This document shows positions 42,377 to 50,258 of a stretch of 64,000 nucleotides of DNA, in pieces. Position 1 is the stretch's first letter; each line of letters begins with the position of its first letter. The notes under the pieces are model-generated. The model did no database searches. It had not been told where the DNA came from and worked only from the letters and a program-made list of their open reading frames with translations. A program made the translations under genes and the position numbers. Source of the stretch: an uncultured Candidatus Saccharibacteria bacterium (lineage in GTDB: Bacteria > Patescibacteriota > Minisyncoccia > Phycocordibacterales > UBA1006); contig CAYGJA010000001.1 in NCBI GenBank assembly GCA_964350165.1, positions 174,545 through 238,544 of the forward strand. Reading direction: 5' to 3'.

Positions 42377-42415
42377 CAAAAAAACCACTTTTTTTGAAGC
42401 GAAGTGGTTTTTTTG
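42377..42415. terminator. Bidirectional terminator
   Basis: CAAAAAAACCACTT...AAGTGGTTTTTTTG between convergent genes. Confidence 0.7.
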
Positions 42416-42419
42416 AAAA

Positions 42420-42866
42420 CTATTTCTTTTTCTTGGCTGTTGTTTTTTTCTTTGGTTTGTCTGTTGTCGCCTTGATTGCGGTTTTCTTAACCTTTATTGG
42501 CTTTTCTGTTTTTGTTTTACTCGCATGTTTTACAGTACAGCTATCGCAAGCAGATACCCCGCAAGAATGACAGGCGCTACAATCTCCACAACGCTCACCT
42601 CCGCAACATTTGGTTCGGCCACCACAAGCACCAAAAATATTATAAAACCAAGCAATTACATATCCGCCAAAAAATCCATCAATAAATCCCCAGAGAAAAC
42701 CCAGAGCGGCTCCGGTAATGGTGAGTTCATAACCAGGATAAATTCTAATAAGGTCAAAGACCATGCCATCTTGACCCTGAGCAATAGCAATCAGGGTAAT
42801 CAAAAAGATGCCAAGTCCCCAAGTTGATCCAATGGCAAAACCCAATCGAGTCGGTGATAATCGCAT
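42420..42866 (-). CDS. 2-TM holin-like membrane protein with Cys-rich and Lys-rich tail
   Basis: IYPGY...GFLWGFIDGF...AWFYN, then CGGRTKCCGGERCGDCSACHSCGVSACDSC and a KKT-rich tail. Confidence 0.7.
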   Translation of the reverse strand: MRLSPTRLGFAIGSTWGLGIFLITLIAIAQGQDGMVFDLIRIYPGYELTITGAALGFLWGFIDGFFGGYVIAWFYNIFGACGGRTKCCGGERCGDCSACHSCGVSACDSCTVKHASKTKTEKPIKVKKTAIKATTDKPKKKTTAKKKK

Positions 42867-42910
42867 AATAATTCGTGCTAATTTAGGTGACTAATAAAAT
42901 TAGTATACCT

Positions 42911-44002
42911 CTAGTCAGCATCAAAAGAGATTCCTTGTAGCTTTTGCAGTGGATTAGGGCTCGGAACCGACGGATCACCATAGTCTATTTCTAGTTGACC
43001 AATCTTGGTCGCAACCTTGAGCGCTCTGGCGTGCAGGCGTTGGTTTCTTTTGCCGACACCCATCACTGCATATAGCATCGCTTCCTGTACCCAGTTTTCT
43101 TCTTTGTGAATTGTCTTTTGGATTACATCCAAATGACGCTCGAATTCTTTATCGGGGATATCCTGGGCTACTTTTGCCAAACGTTCTACTAGAATCCATC
43201 CCGTTCGACGAAAGAGAGGGTTATTTTCTCGTACCCAAGTGCGGATTTTTTCGGCACCATATACCGTATAAGGCAAAATCTCAGTGGCAATTTTGTCTGT
43301 AATATCCCAATAGTCAGCTTGACGAAGCCAAGTCTCTACTTGATGCTCTGTTACCTCGAGCGGATTTTCTATCATCGCCGCCAATACTTTGGCGTCATGT
43401 ATTCCTGTTTTCCACAAAGCTTTGGCCAGCACTCTATCACCATGATAAGGCTCGGCTATTTTTTGTAATTTATCTGGCGTGACGCCGTAGAATTTTTTGG
43501 CCGGATGACCCATGCGCGCCCAAATCTCCACCATCTGTGGATCATGAAGGCGTCGCAAATCAAACATTACCCGATCAATGGCCGCCATCGTTTTCTTTTC
43601 TTGCCCCAATTCATTAAGCAACACCTTGATCCTGCGTTCGATGTCTTTCATGCAATGCTCGATTGATACCGAGTCTCGTCTGTCTGGTGTTGCTATTTTC
43701 CACAACACAAAAGCATTTATGTAAGGATTATCTTTACGAAAAATAGAAGTAGGCACATCATCAGCCACCAAAACCACCAGGTCGTGTTTTTCAAGAACAT
43801 AGGTGCTCATGGCGGCCTGACTTGTTTTTAGACTTAGGCGATGCCCCCGAGCAACCTCCATAATCTCGGCTGGAGTCGGATGCCCACGAAAAAGACCAGC
43901 GCTCTGCGCATGCAACTGCTTGAGTTTGTTGTGTTTATTAAAATAGGCTTCAGCTAGTTTGCTGCGGATATTGTTGTATTTGGAGACAAACAGGATGTTC
44001 AT
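42911..44002 (-). CDS. LMW-PTP/ArsC-like domain fused to an AlkD-like DNA alkylation repair domain
   Basis: N-terminal ILFVSKYNNIRSKLAEAYF...SAG. C-terminal YGVT...LAKALWKTGIHDAKVLA...WDITD...RRTGW HEAT-like domain. Confidence 0.8.
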   Translation of the reverse strand: MNILFVSKYNNIRSKLAEAYFNKHNKLKQLHAQSAGLFRGHPTPAEIMEVARGHRLSLKTSQAAMSTYVLEKHDLVVLVADDVPTSIFRKDNPYINAFVLWKIATPDRRDSVSIEHCMKDIERRIKVLLNELGQEKKTMAAIDRVMFDLRRLHDPQMVEIWARMGHPAKKFYGVTPDKLQKIAEPYHGDRVLAKALWKTGIHDAKVLAAMIENPLEVTEHQVETWLRQADYWDITDKIATEILPYTVYGAEKIRTWVRENNPLFRRTGWILVERLAKVAQDIPDKEFERHLDVIQKTIHKEENWVQEAMLYAVMGVGKRNQRLHARALKVATKIGQLEIDYGDPSVPSPNPLQKLQGISFDAD

Positions 44003-44095
44003 GAATTCGGCATTACAGAGACCGCTAGTATACAAAACACACACCCCTTGACGTCAAGACAAGAAGGGTGCTCGCACTCAGTATATACCAGTCGA

Positions 44096-44473
44096 CTACT
44101 TTTCGTCTTCGGGAGAAAAACCAAGACACACCGAATTGATACAGTATCGTTTCCCCGTTTCGGTTGGCCCATCAAGGAACACATGTCCCAAGTGCCCTCC
44201 ACAAGTAGCACAGACAACTTCGGTGCGGTGCATACCGTGGCCATCGTCTTCGACATATTTGACGGCCCCTGGCAGCGCCTCGTCAAAACTAGGCCAACCC
44301 GTACCTGACTCAAATTTTGTATCTGATGCAAAAAGTGCCGCGCCGCAATTCGCACAAGAAAATTTTCCGCTTCTTTTTTCCTTCAGATGTTCCCCAGTAA
44401 AAGGCACCTCTGTCCCCTTTTCGAACAAAACCTTCTTTTGTTCTTTAGTTAGTTTTTGGTTTTTGATGTCCAT
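44096..44473 (-). CDS. msrB: Peptide methionine sulfoxide reductase MsrB
   Basis: GTEVPF, two CxxC, KFESGTGWPSF, GHLGHVF, RYCINS. Confidence 0.97.
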   Translation of the reverse strand: MDIKNQKLTKEQKKVLFEKGTEVPFTGEHLKEKRSGKFSCANCGAALFASDTKFESGTGWPSFDEALPGAVKYVEDDGHGMHRTEVVCATCGGHLGHVFLDGPTETGKRYCINSVCLGFSPEDEK

Positions 44474-44563
44474 CAATTAATTATACCAAGGCAAACCAAA
44501 AACTCGACGTACCATCAAGCAAATTCTTTCCGTCCTCAATCAAAATAAGCTACACTGTCAAAA

Positions 44564-45919
44564 GTGAATATAGAAAGACCACAACAGCCAGAGAATCAAA
44601 ACGGCAAAACACTAGGTCGGCGTGTTTTTTTGAAAAAAATAACCGAAGCAGTCGTTAGCCTGGGTGTATCCAGCATGAGCCTGGGTGTATCCAGTCCGAG
44701 CCCTGGTGCCATCACAGAAACTATCGAAAAACAGACTTCACCAACACCCCTCGAACGCTTTGAAGAGTGTGGTCCGTTGGAGGTTTGGTCCAAAAACCCT
44801 CTTATGCCGAGTAATCAAAATGACAATCTTTCGGAATTAACTGCCGGGAAAATAACAGAAACTTCAATGGATCAATATCTGAAACTCGTTACAAAAGCAG
44901 ATAAGGAACCTCTGAATGACTCCGAACAATACATCGTAGAACGCATTGCTCGCTGGCTACACACCAAAGGCAACACAGCCCGAGCAGAAGCCGAAAGAAA
45001 TCTTCTTTCTAATTTTCCCGAATACCAAAGTGACCCCGAGCTTGCGTGGAGATTACTCGAAGTGTGCTTCACTAGAAAAATACGTCGAGAATTACTAAAA
45101 ACAGCAGACAAGTTTTTGGCTGAAGGAAAATTATCTTATCTTGGCCTAGAACCACTCTCCCCCCAAGAAACAAACTGGTGCACCCAAGAACAGGTTCATC
45201 ACGTCACACTTGCCAGTGCAAAAGTTGCAAACAAAATAGCCAAAAACTGCTTGGAAACAGCTCCCGATATCTGGCTAGATGGACTGGAAAAAGAAGAACG
45301 TAACAACTATCTCTACTCTGAAGACAAATCTCCTGTTTCTTGGCCGCAGCCCGAAATACTCGCAAAACTAGAACAACAAGAAACCTCTTCTGGTGCCTAT
45401 CTAGGCGATGTCCCTTATTTTGTTTCCACCAACACAAAAAAGGGATTTTTTCCCACGTCAAAGCCAGATATTATCAAAATCGCAAAACTTTTAGAAAAAA
45501 GCACCAACCTACCCTACACAACAGAACTCTCCAACGGTCGGCTAGCTATTGAATATATTCCCTCTTCCATACGTGGAAATACCAAATTCAATACCAGTGG
45601 CGGTGCCATAATGGGTCAATTTATGCCTATTCATCTTCTACATCTTTTGGAAAAATATGAAGCCACCAGATTAGGTCATGAAGAAGAACTTCCCATTCTT
45701 CACCCCAATACCCCGCTTGGATCCATGGCGCTAAAGGCCTTGTATTTGTATGGATGCTGGAATTGGCGCCAAGGCAAAGAAGATGGAGGCTATTGGATAG
45801 AAAGCCGCTACCCAAAAGGTGGCGGCCTGCAAAACCCAGGAAAAGCCCTACGAACCTGGAATCCTAGCACAACAGAAATCAAGACAATCCTTGGCAGCCT
45901 ACCAGATCACAACGAATAG
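44564..45919 (+). CDS. Exported protein with twin-arginine-like signal and probable lytic transglycosylase domain
   Basis: GRRVFLKK plus hydrophobic stretch. QETSSG, GGAIMGQFMP and HPNTP...ALYL resemble SLT/lysozyme-fold motifs. Confidence 0.6.
   Translation: MNIERPQQPENQNGKTLGRRVFLKKITEAVVSLGVSSMSLGVSSPSPGAITETIEKQTSPTPLERFEECGPLEVWSKNPLMPSNQNDNLSELTAGKITETSMDQYLKLVTKADKEPLNDSEQYIVERIARWLHTKGNTARAEAERNLLSNFPEYQSDPELAWRLLEVCFTRKIRRELLKTADKFLAEGKLSYLGLEPLSPQETNWCTQEQVHHVTLASAKVANKIAKNCLETAPDIWLDGLEKEERNNYLYSEDKSPVSWPQPEILAKLEQQETSSGAYLGDVPYFVSTNTKKGFFPTSKPDIIKIAKLLEKSTNLPYTTELSNGRLAIEYIPSSIRGNTKFNTSGGAIMGQFMPIHLLHLLEKYEATRLGHEEELPILHPNTPLGSMALKALYLYGCWNWRQGKEDGGYWIESRYPKGGGLQNPGKALRTWNPSTTEIKTILGSLPDHNE
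44657..44694 (+). repeat. In-frame tandem duplication (17-bp identical copies, 21-nt period)
   Basis: AGCCTGGGTGTATCCAG at 44657 and 44678, encoding SLGVSS twice. Confidence 0.9.
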
Positions 45920-45955
45920 GCTAGAGAGCCACAAAATATCTCCAGTGACCAAAAA

Positions 45956-46186
45956 TTATTTTTTCTTAAGAAAACTCCAAAACTTTGGATGATCCACAAT
46001 CAGCTCGCTAATAATCGCAAAAGGTATTGATACGAGAAACACAATTCCAACCACTTCCCAAGTAATTTTGGCATCAGTGGCAAAAGCAATAGCCAGCAAA
46101 TCTTCGGCAAGGCCAAAGACTACTCCAACCAACAAAAATTCTAAAAAGGTAATCCAGCGCTTGTGCTTTTTTTCTTGTTTAGACAC
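45956..46186 (-). CDS. Small 2-TM membrane protein
   Basis: FLEFLLVGVVFGLAEDLLAI...IPFAIISELIVDH. TATAAT 7 nt before GTG. Confidence 0.75.
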   Translation of the reverse strand: MSKQEKKHKRWITFLEFLLVGVVFGLAEDLLAIAFATDAKITWEVVGIVFLVSIPFAIISELIVDHPKFWSFLKKK

Positions 46187-46356
46187 TTCTTTTATTATAA
46201 CTTTTTTAATTACAAATCAAAAAACCAAGTCACCGCTGGTAATCGACATTACCTGATCGGCCTCGATTCCCCACACCCCGGACGATAAGTTCCAAAAGGA
46301 GTTTTGCCAATCAATCCCCCGTATTAGGGTCCCGACAATCAGCAATAATTAAAATA

Positions 46357-46390
46357 CCCCCGACCAATCTTGCTGATTGGCCGGGGTTTT
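46357..46390. terminator. Intrinsic terminator
   Basis: CCCCGACCAATC-TTGCT-GATTGGCCGGGG hairpin directly after the stop of the 46391-46735 gene. Confidence 0.7.
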
Positions 46391-46735
46391 TTATTTGTGG
46401 AAAGAGGAAAAGTAGACCACCACGGTCTCCTTTGTCGACGGGTCTGTCCCCTCCCCGTACAAGAGAAAGGGCGCAAATATTATCGCACTTCCTCCAGGTT
46501 CCACCCGGAGGAACCTTTCTCTGTTGCTATCCCCCTCGTCAAACCAGATGGGGGAGGTGCTCTTTTTGTTTTGTACAAGGTACGTATCCGTACCTTGTAT
46601 CCGTGTGACCGAGCAAGTCACGTATATCTCGTAGTGCGGATACGAGAAAACAAGCTTTTTTTCCTCCGCAGGAGTCTGCGCCATCACACCGGCACTTGCC
46701 GTCAACCATAGCGCAAAAAATACAAAAATTTTCAT
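46391..46735 (-). CDS. Secreted orphan protein
   Basis: Signal peptide ending VMA-Q. Upstream minus-strand TTGACA-17-CATAAT near 46800-46772. Confidence 0.65.
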   Translation of the reverse strand: MKIFVFFALWLTASAGVMAQTPAEEKKLVFSYPHYEIYVTCSVTRIQGTDTYLVQNKKSTSPIWFDEGDSNRERFLRVEPGGSAIIFAPFLLYGEGTDPSTKETVVVYFSSFHK

Positions 46736-46895
46736 AAAAACAACCGGGTTAGTATCCGGCCTCCTTCTTATATTATGCTATTTATTAAAACTTTTGTCAA
46801 ACAGATAGATTCAAGAACTGGCCTTAGATATCCTCGCTGGTTATTGCCGTTTCGGACACTTGTTCGTCGACAAAGAGAGCGACGGTGATAGGATT

Positions 46896-46916
46896 CGGCG
46901 GAGAGTAAGGGATTCG
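46896..46916 (-). pseudogene. tRNA-Ser-like 3'-end fragment (candidate att site)
   Basis: Minus strand CGAATCCCTTACTCTCCGCCG corresponds to the T-loop 3' half, T stem, acceptor strand and G discriminator. No 5' half is present. Confidence 0.65.
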
Positions 46917-47255
46917 GTCAGGAGTCGTTATTTTCAAAAATCACTACGTGATTAAGAAAATATACGCTCACGACCCTAGCTTGCTCCCCAATGGTCGGCC
47001 TGCTGTCCTCGCATTGGGGCCCCGCTCCGCTTTTCGAATCCCTTATCTACTACAAACGAAAAGCTCCAACGCTACGCATTGGGACCTAACGTTTGTGGCG
47101 GGCTACCTCGGGCTGGAACCGTGGACAGTCAAGCCCAGTAAGGTTATTTTTTACTATTTCAGAATAACAAATCGAGGCGTCTCGAGCACACTATTTCGTG
47201 ACAAAAGTGACAGATTTAGGAATTAAAAGTTACACTATCCCGTAACATTATCGTT

Positions 47256-47891
47256 TTAAAAACGACCTTCTAAACCCTTATCCGAGACCCGAGTAACTTC
47301 TATTGAACCGTGACGACCTCTGTCACGTGGATTACTATAGTAGTTACCCTTAAGAGTATTTCCCCCATCAAAAATACCAAGTACACATGTGCCATTATGA
47401 TCTCTCATGTCTTGATCATGATTCACAGTCGCTGTCCTATTTTGATATAAGTAGAAAATACTCCAATTTTTGTGTTCATTTACACCGACATCAGCAACAA
47501 TACTGTAGGATGAAGAATTTTTCGTATAAAGTGCCACGAATACATTTGTGAGAGTTTGCTTTATTTCAACCACAATCTCATATGTTTGAGATTCATTGTA
47601 ACTACTTACCAATAATCCCTCATACCGACCGTTAATATTTGGTATTTGAAATAGCCTAGAAAATAGAGGGTATTTCCATAGCCATCTATCGGTGAGCACA
47701 AAGAATGCAAACATAACAACCACTGTCGCTGGGGGTTCAATCAAGCCCATTCGTAACATGTCATCAACGGGAGGCATCAAAGTAATATTGTCTAAAATTC
47801 CTGATATAACCCTTGCTATCCAAAAAGAAGGTATCAAAGATCCTAGAAAGAACGTTATATAGAATTTGTATGTGAGTCGAAACGCTTTCAT
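47256..47891 (-). CDS. cap15: CBASS 2TM beta-barrel effector (Cap15 / S-2TM-beta)
   Basis: Two TMs, DRWLWK...PNINGRYEG...IKQT...SSSYS...YLYQN...HNGT...GNYY...G. Starts 4 nt after the CD-NTase stop. Confidence 0.88.
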   Translation of the reverse strand: MKAFRLTYKFYITFFLGSLIPSFWIARVISGILDNITLMPPVDDMLRMGLIEPPATVVVMFAFFVLTDRWLWKYPLFSRLFQIPNINGRYEGLLVSSYNESQTYEIVVEIKQTLTNVFVALYTKNSSSYSIVADVGVNEHKNWSIFYLYQNRTATVNHDQDMRDHNGTCVLGIFDGGNTLKGNYYSNPRDRGRHGSIEVTRVSDKGLEGRF

Positions 47892-47895
47892 GCCA

Positions 47896-48777
47896 TTACA
47901 TGCCTAGAGCCAGACGCCATTTTTGCTCAGCCCCTGAAACAGTAGATGCATCATAAGCATCTAACGCATGATTCGAAGACTCGCGTAGCTGGTTGAAAAA
48001 GTTCTGCTGATTTATTATGCTCCATCCTTCAGTTATGTTTTCTACCCCGCAAACACTCGGAATGTCTCTGAATTGGCCTAGTTGTCGGTCCCATTTATCT
48101 AGTATGGCATTGCTCACCAAACAGAAAGTTCCAGCGTAATCATTGTAAAACTTGTCTGATGGCATTGCATAAACGAAGGCTTCCATTTTGAAAGACGAAA
48201 TGGTGTCAGAATCATGAAAGTGGTTTTTTACCCAATTTTTAAACATTCGGACTGTTGGCTTATAAGTGTCTTGTGTTGCTTGTTGTTTTACAACTCCGTT
48301 ATTGTAGTGAGTGCGAGGCATGTTCATTTTCTCAGTTCCTGTCCGCATTGAATAAACAGCAACAGGATCCGTCTTCGGATCATCTGAAATCTGCACCGCT
48401 GGTACTACATCTGCATTGAATGCTCCAGTAATTTTTATACATTTATCGCCACGTTCAATTGACCATTGGTAACGACGCTGGTTCCTAAGTTTCTGTTCGA
48501 TCTCTGAAAAAATACTGTCCCAAGAAATTGAGCCCGAGAAGCGACGTGGCGAATGTACTGAACTGTAAGTCGCTTTGCGGACTGCCACGACATCCACGTC
48601 GTTGATGTCAGAGATCGCCGTACTATTTTTATATGATCCTTGTAGGAAGGTATGATGAGTATCACCAAGCAATTCTTGAATATAGTTTTGAAGTGTGGCC
48701 ACTTGCGTTATTTTCGATGGCGACGGACTAGATGTCAGTGTGTCGATGAGGTGAGTTGGTATGTTGTGGCGTGCCAT
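47896..48777 (-). CDS. CBASS cyclic oligonucleotide synthase (CD-NTase, CdnE-like)
   Basis: FLQGSYKNSTAI...DVDVV, KCIKI, ADVVPA, NMPRTHYNNGVVK...YKPTVRMFKNW. Confidence 0.9.
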   Translation of the reverse strand: MARHNIPTHLIDTLTSSPSPSKITQVATLQNYIQELLGDTHHTFLQGSYKNSTAISDINDVDVVAVRKATYSSVHSPRRFSGSISWDSIFSEIEQKLRNQRRYQWSIERGDKCIKITGAFNADVVPAVQISDDPKTDPVAVYSMRTGTEKMNMPRTHYNNGVVKQQATQDTYKPTVRMFKNWVKNHFHDSDTISSFKMEAFVYAMPSDKFYNDYAGTFCLVSNAILDKWDRQLGQFRDIPSVCGVENITEGWSIINQQNFFNQLRESSNHALDAYDASTVSGAEQKWRLALGM

Positions 48778-48788
48778 AATTTTTTGAA

Positions 48789-49445
48789 TTACTTCTTAAT
48801 CACATCAATTACTTTCCCGCTCACCTCAAAGTCATCTCCATATGCGATGAAAATTGGATGGTACTTTTCAGTTGAGTCTGCTTCTAAAACAAAGCGGTTA
48901 TGTACCACATCATTTCTAAAACGCTTGATCGTAGCAAGCCCATCAATTACAGCCACTACGATGTCTCTGTTCTTCGGTGTTTTATCTGCACTATCAACCA
49001 CAAGATAATCTCCATCCTCAATAGTAACTCCAGGCTTATTTGTAGGATCAACTTCGGCCTTATTCATAGACGGTCCATCTGCAACCAATACAAACAAATC
49101 TTTTTTACGATGAGGCAAGAGGCTGGTCGATACTTTGAGAAAACCCTCAACTCGCTCATCTGCAAATACAGTAGCGGGACCGCAATTAGCAGTACCGACA
49201 ATCGGTAGAGAAAACAATAGACGCGCTTTAGAGCTTACCGAATTGAAGCCTCGTTTGATTGGTTTGATAACATTATCCTCTAAATTCACTTGGAGAAGCC
49301 CTTTTTTATCTAGCTGAAGAAGATGATGCTTCACAATTTGAGGTTTGTTTTGTACCCCTACAAGTTTGGCCAAACTACGCAAACTCATTTGTCCCAGGTC
49401 ATGTTGACTTGCTAAATTTAATAGTTTTTCTTGTATTTGATGCAT
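48789..49445 (-). CDS. LexA-like repressor (wHTH plus S24 autopeptidase)
   Basis: SLRSLAKLVG...HHLLQLDKKG wHTH, cleavage site ANCG, catalytic Ser (GPSM) and Lys (ATIKRF). Confidence 0.9.
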   Translation of the reverse strand: MHQIQEKLLNLASQHDLGQMSLRSLAKLVGVQNKPQIVKHHLLQLDKKGLLQVNLEDNVIKPIKRGFNSVSSKARLLFSLPIVGTANCGPATVFADERVEGFLKVSTSLLPHRKKDLFVLVADGPSMNKAEVDPTNKPGVTIEDGDYLVVDSADKTPKNRDIVVAVIDGLATIKRFRNDVVHNRFVLEADSTEKYHPIFIAYGDDFEVSGKVIDVIKK

Positions 49446-49449
49446 GGTT

Positions 49450-49480
49450 ATATACTACCGTATATTTCTATATATGTCCA
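49450..49480 (-). promoter_or_regulatory. Leaderless promoter of the LexA-CBASS operon with an overlapping 16-bp palindrome
   Basis: Minus TGGACA (49480-49475), 17 nt, TAGTAT (49457-49452), 6 nt, ATG. ATATAC-N4-GTATAT at 49450-49465. Confidence 0.65.
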
Positions 49481-49506
49481 CAATACTGTCAATTACCTTT
49501 ACACTC

Positions 49507-49535
49507 TTGACACCTGAAAACAAAGAGCATAAAAT
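49507..49535 (+). promoter_or_regulatory. Near-consensus sigma70 promoter, divergent from the lexA-like gene
   Basis: TTGACA-17 nt-TAAAAT. Confidence 0.75.
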
Positions 49536-49579
49536 GGGAGTGGCTTAGTTCTTTCATTATCAGATTAACTCTACTGACT

Positions 49580-49732
49580 ATGGCTAAAAGCAATAAAAGT
49601 AAAGTCACCAGCCCCCGAGCAGCGCGTGCCGCCAGCAAAGTTCTACGAGATGGTCGGACTTCCCGATCATCCAAAACTGCTGCGGGAAGTGCTTTGTCTC
49701 AAAAGCCCGGACGACCCAAAAAGCGTAAATAA
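49580..49732 (+). CDS. Small basic protein (50 aa)
   Basis: Below the ORF-track cutoff. MAKSNKSKVTSPRAARAASKVLRDGRTSRSSKTAAGSALSQKPGRPKKRK, first gene after the promoter. Confidence 0.75.
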   Translation: MAKSNKSKVTSPRAARAASKVLRDGRTSRSSKTAAGSALSQKPGRPKKRK

Positions 49733-49738
49733 GATATT

Positions 49739-50071
49739 ATGGGAAACCTAAAGTACTACGATATTGTTTTGACTGACTTGAAGTTACATGTGCTTAAAGC
49801 TCGCAAACCAAAATCTTTCGGGTATCAGATGCACAGGTCACTGCGAACCGGAAAGCCTGGTCGAGCACGCAATCACGTTAACCAAATATCTGATGAACAA
49901 GACTCTGATTCTTTTGAGATATCTTTCCCTCTTGGAGAAGAAATCCTATCAGCACAACAAGAAGCTGCTAGACAAGGCAAAAAGTTACGAATTCTTTTTC
50001 CGAAAGACGGAATTCCTATCTTTGCTGGAGAAGATACTCAAGAGTATATCCTCAGCAAAAAGAAAAAATGA
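49739..50071 (+). CDS. Hypothetical protein
   Basis: Starts 6 nt after the small basic gene. No family recognised. Confidence 0.6.
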   Translation: MGNLKYYDIVLTDLKLHVLKARKPKSFGYQMHRSLRTGKPGRARNHVNQISDEQDSDSFEISFPLGEEILSAQQEAARQGKKLRILFPKDGIPIFAGEDTQEYILSKKKK

Positions 50072-50088
50072 ATACACCTGTTAGCAAA

Positions 50089-50241
50089 ACGTGTGGTATC
50101 ACGTATTTCGCAATCTAATTTGCGATAGAAGGTAGTCAATACTACCAGAGAGATCTCCATTGGTCTCGGTCATGCCCACTTTGCAAAGCAAACACCAGAA
50201 ATATTTCTGTTGTCTGTTTTGTGAAGTGGGCATTTTTATTT
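50089..50241 (+). promoter_or_regulatory. Multi-hairpin leader ending in a long terminator-like stem before the MTase gene
   Basis: Hairpins at 50089-50104, 50108-50125, 50131-50146, 50150-50167 and 50172-50233, followed by TTTTATTT. Confidence 0.6.
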
Positions 50242-50258
50242 GTCTAAAAAGATAATTT

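Noticed and set aside
46896-47120. Intact or intron-containing tRNA-Ser gene
   Set aside because: I could not find a matching 5' acceptor strand, D arm or anticodon arm on the minus strand.
46948-47226. 92-aa ORF at the island boundary
   Set aside because: It runs through nested hairpins and tRNA-like fragments and has no recognisable domain, so it is probably a by-product of the structured DNA.
49489-49674. 61-aa minus-strand ORF
   Set aside because: Shadow of the plus-strand 50-aa basic gene and its promoter.
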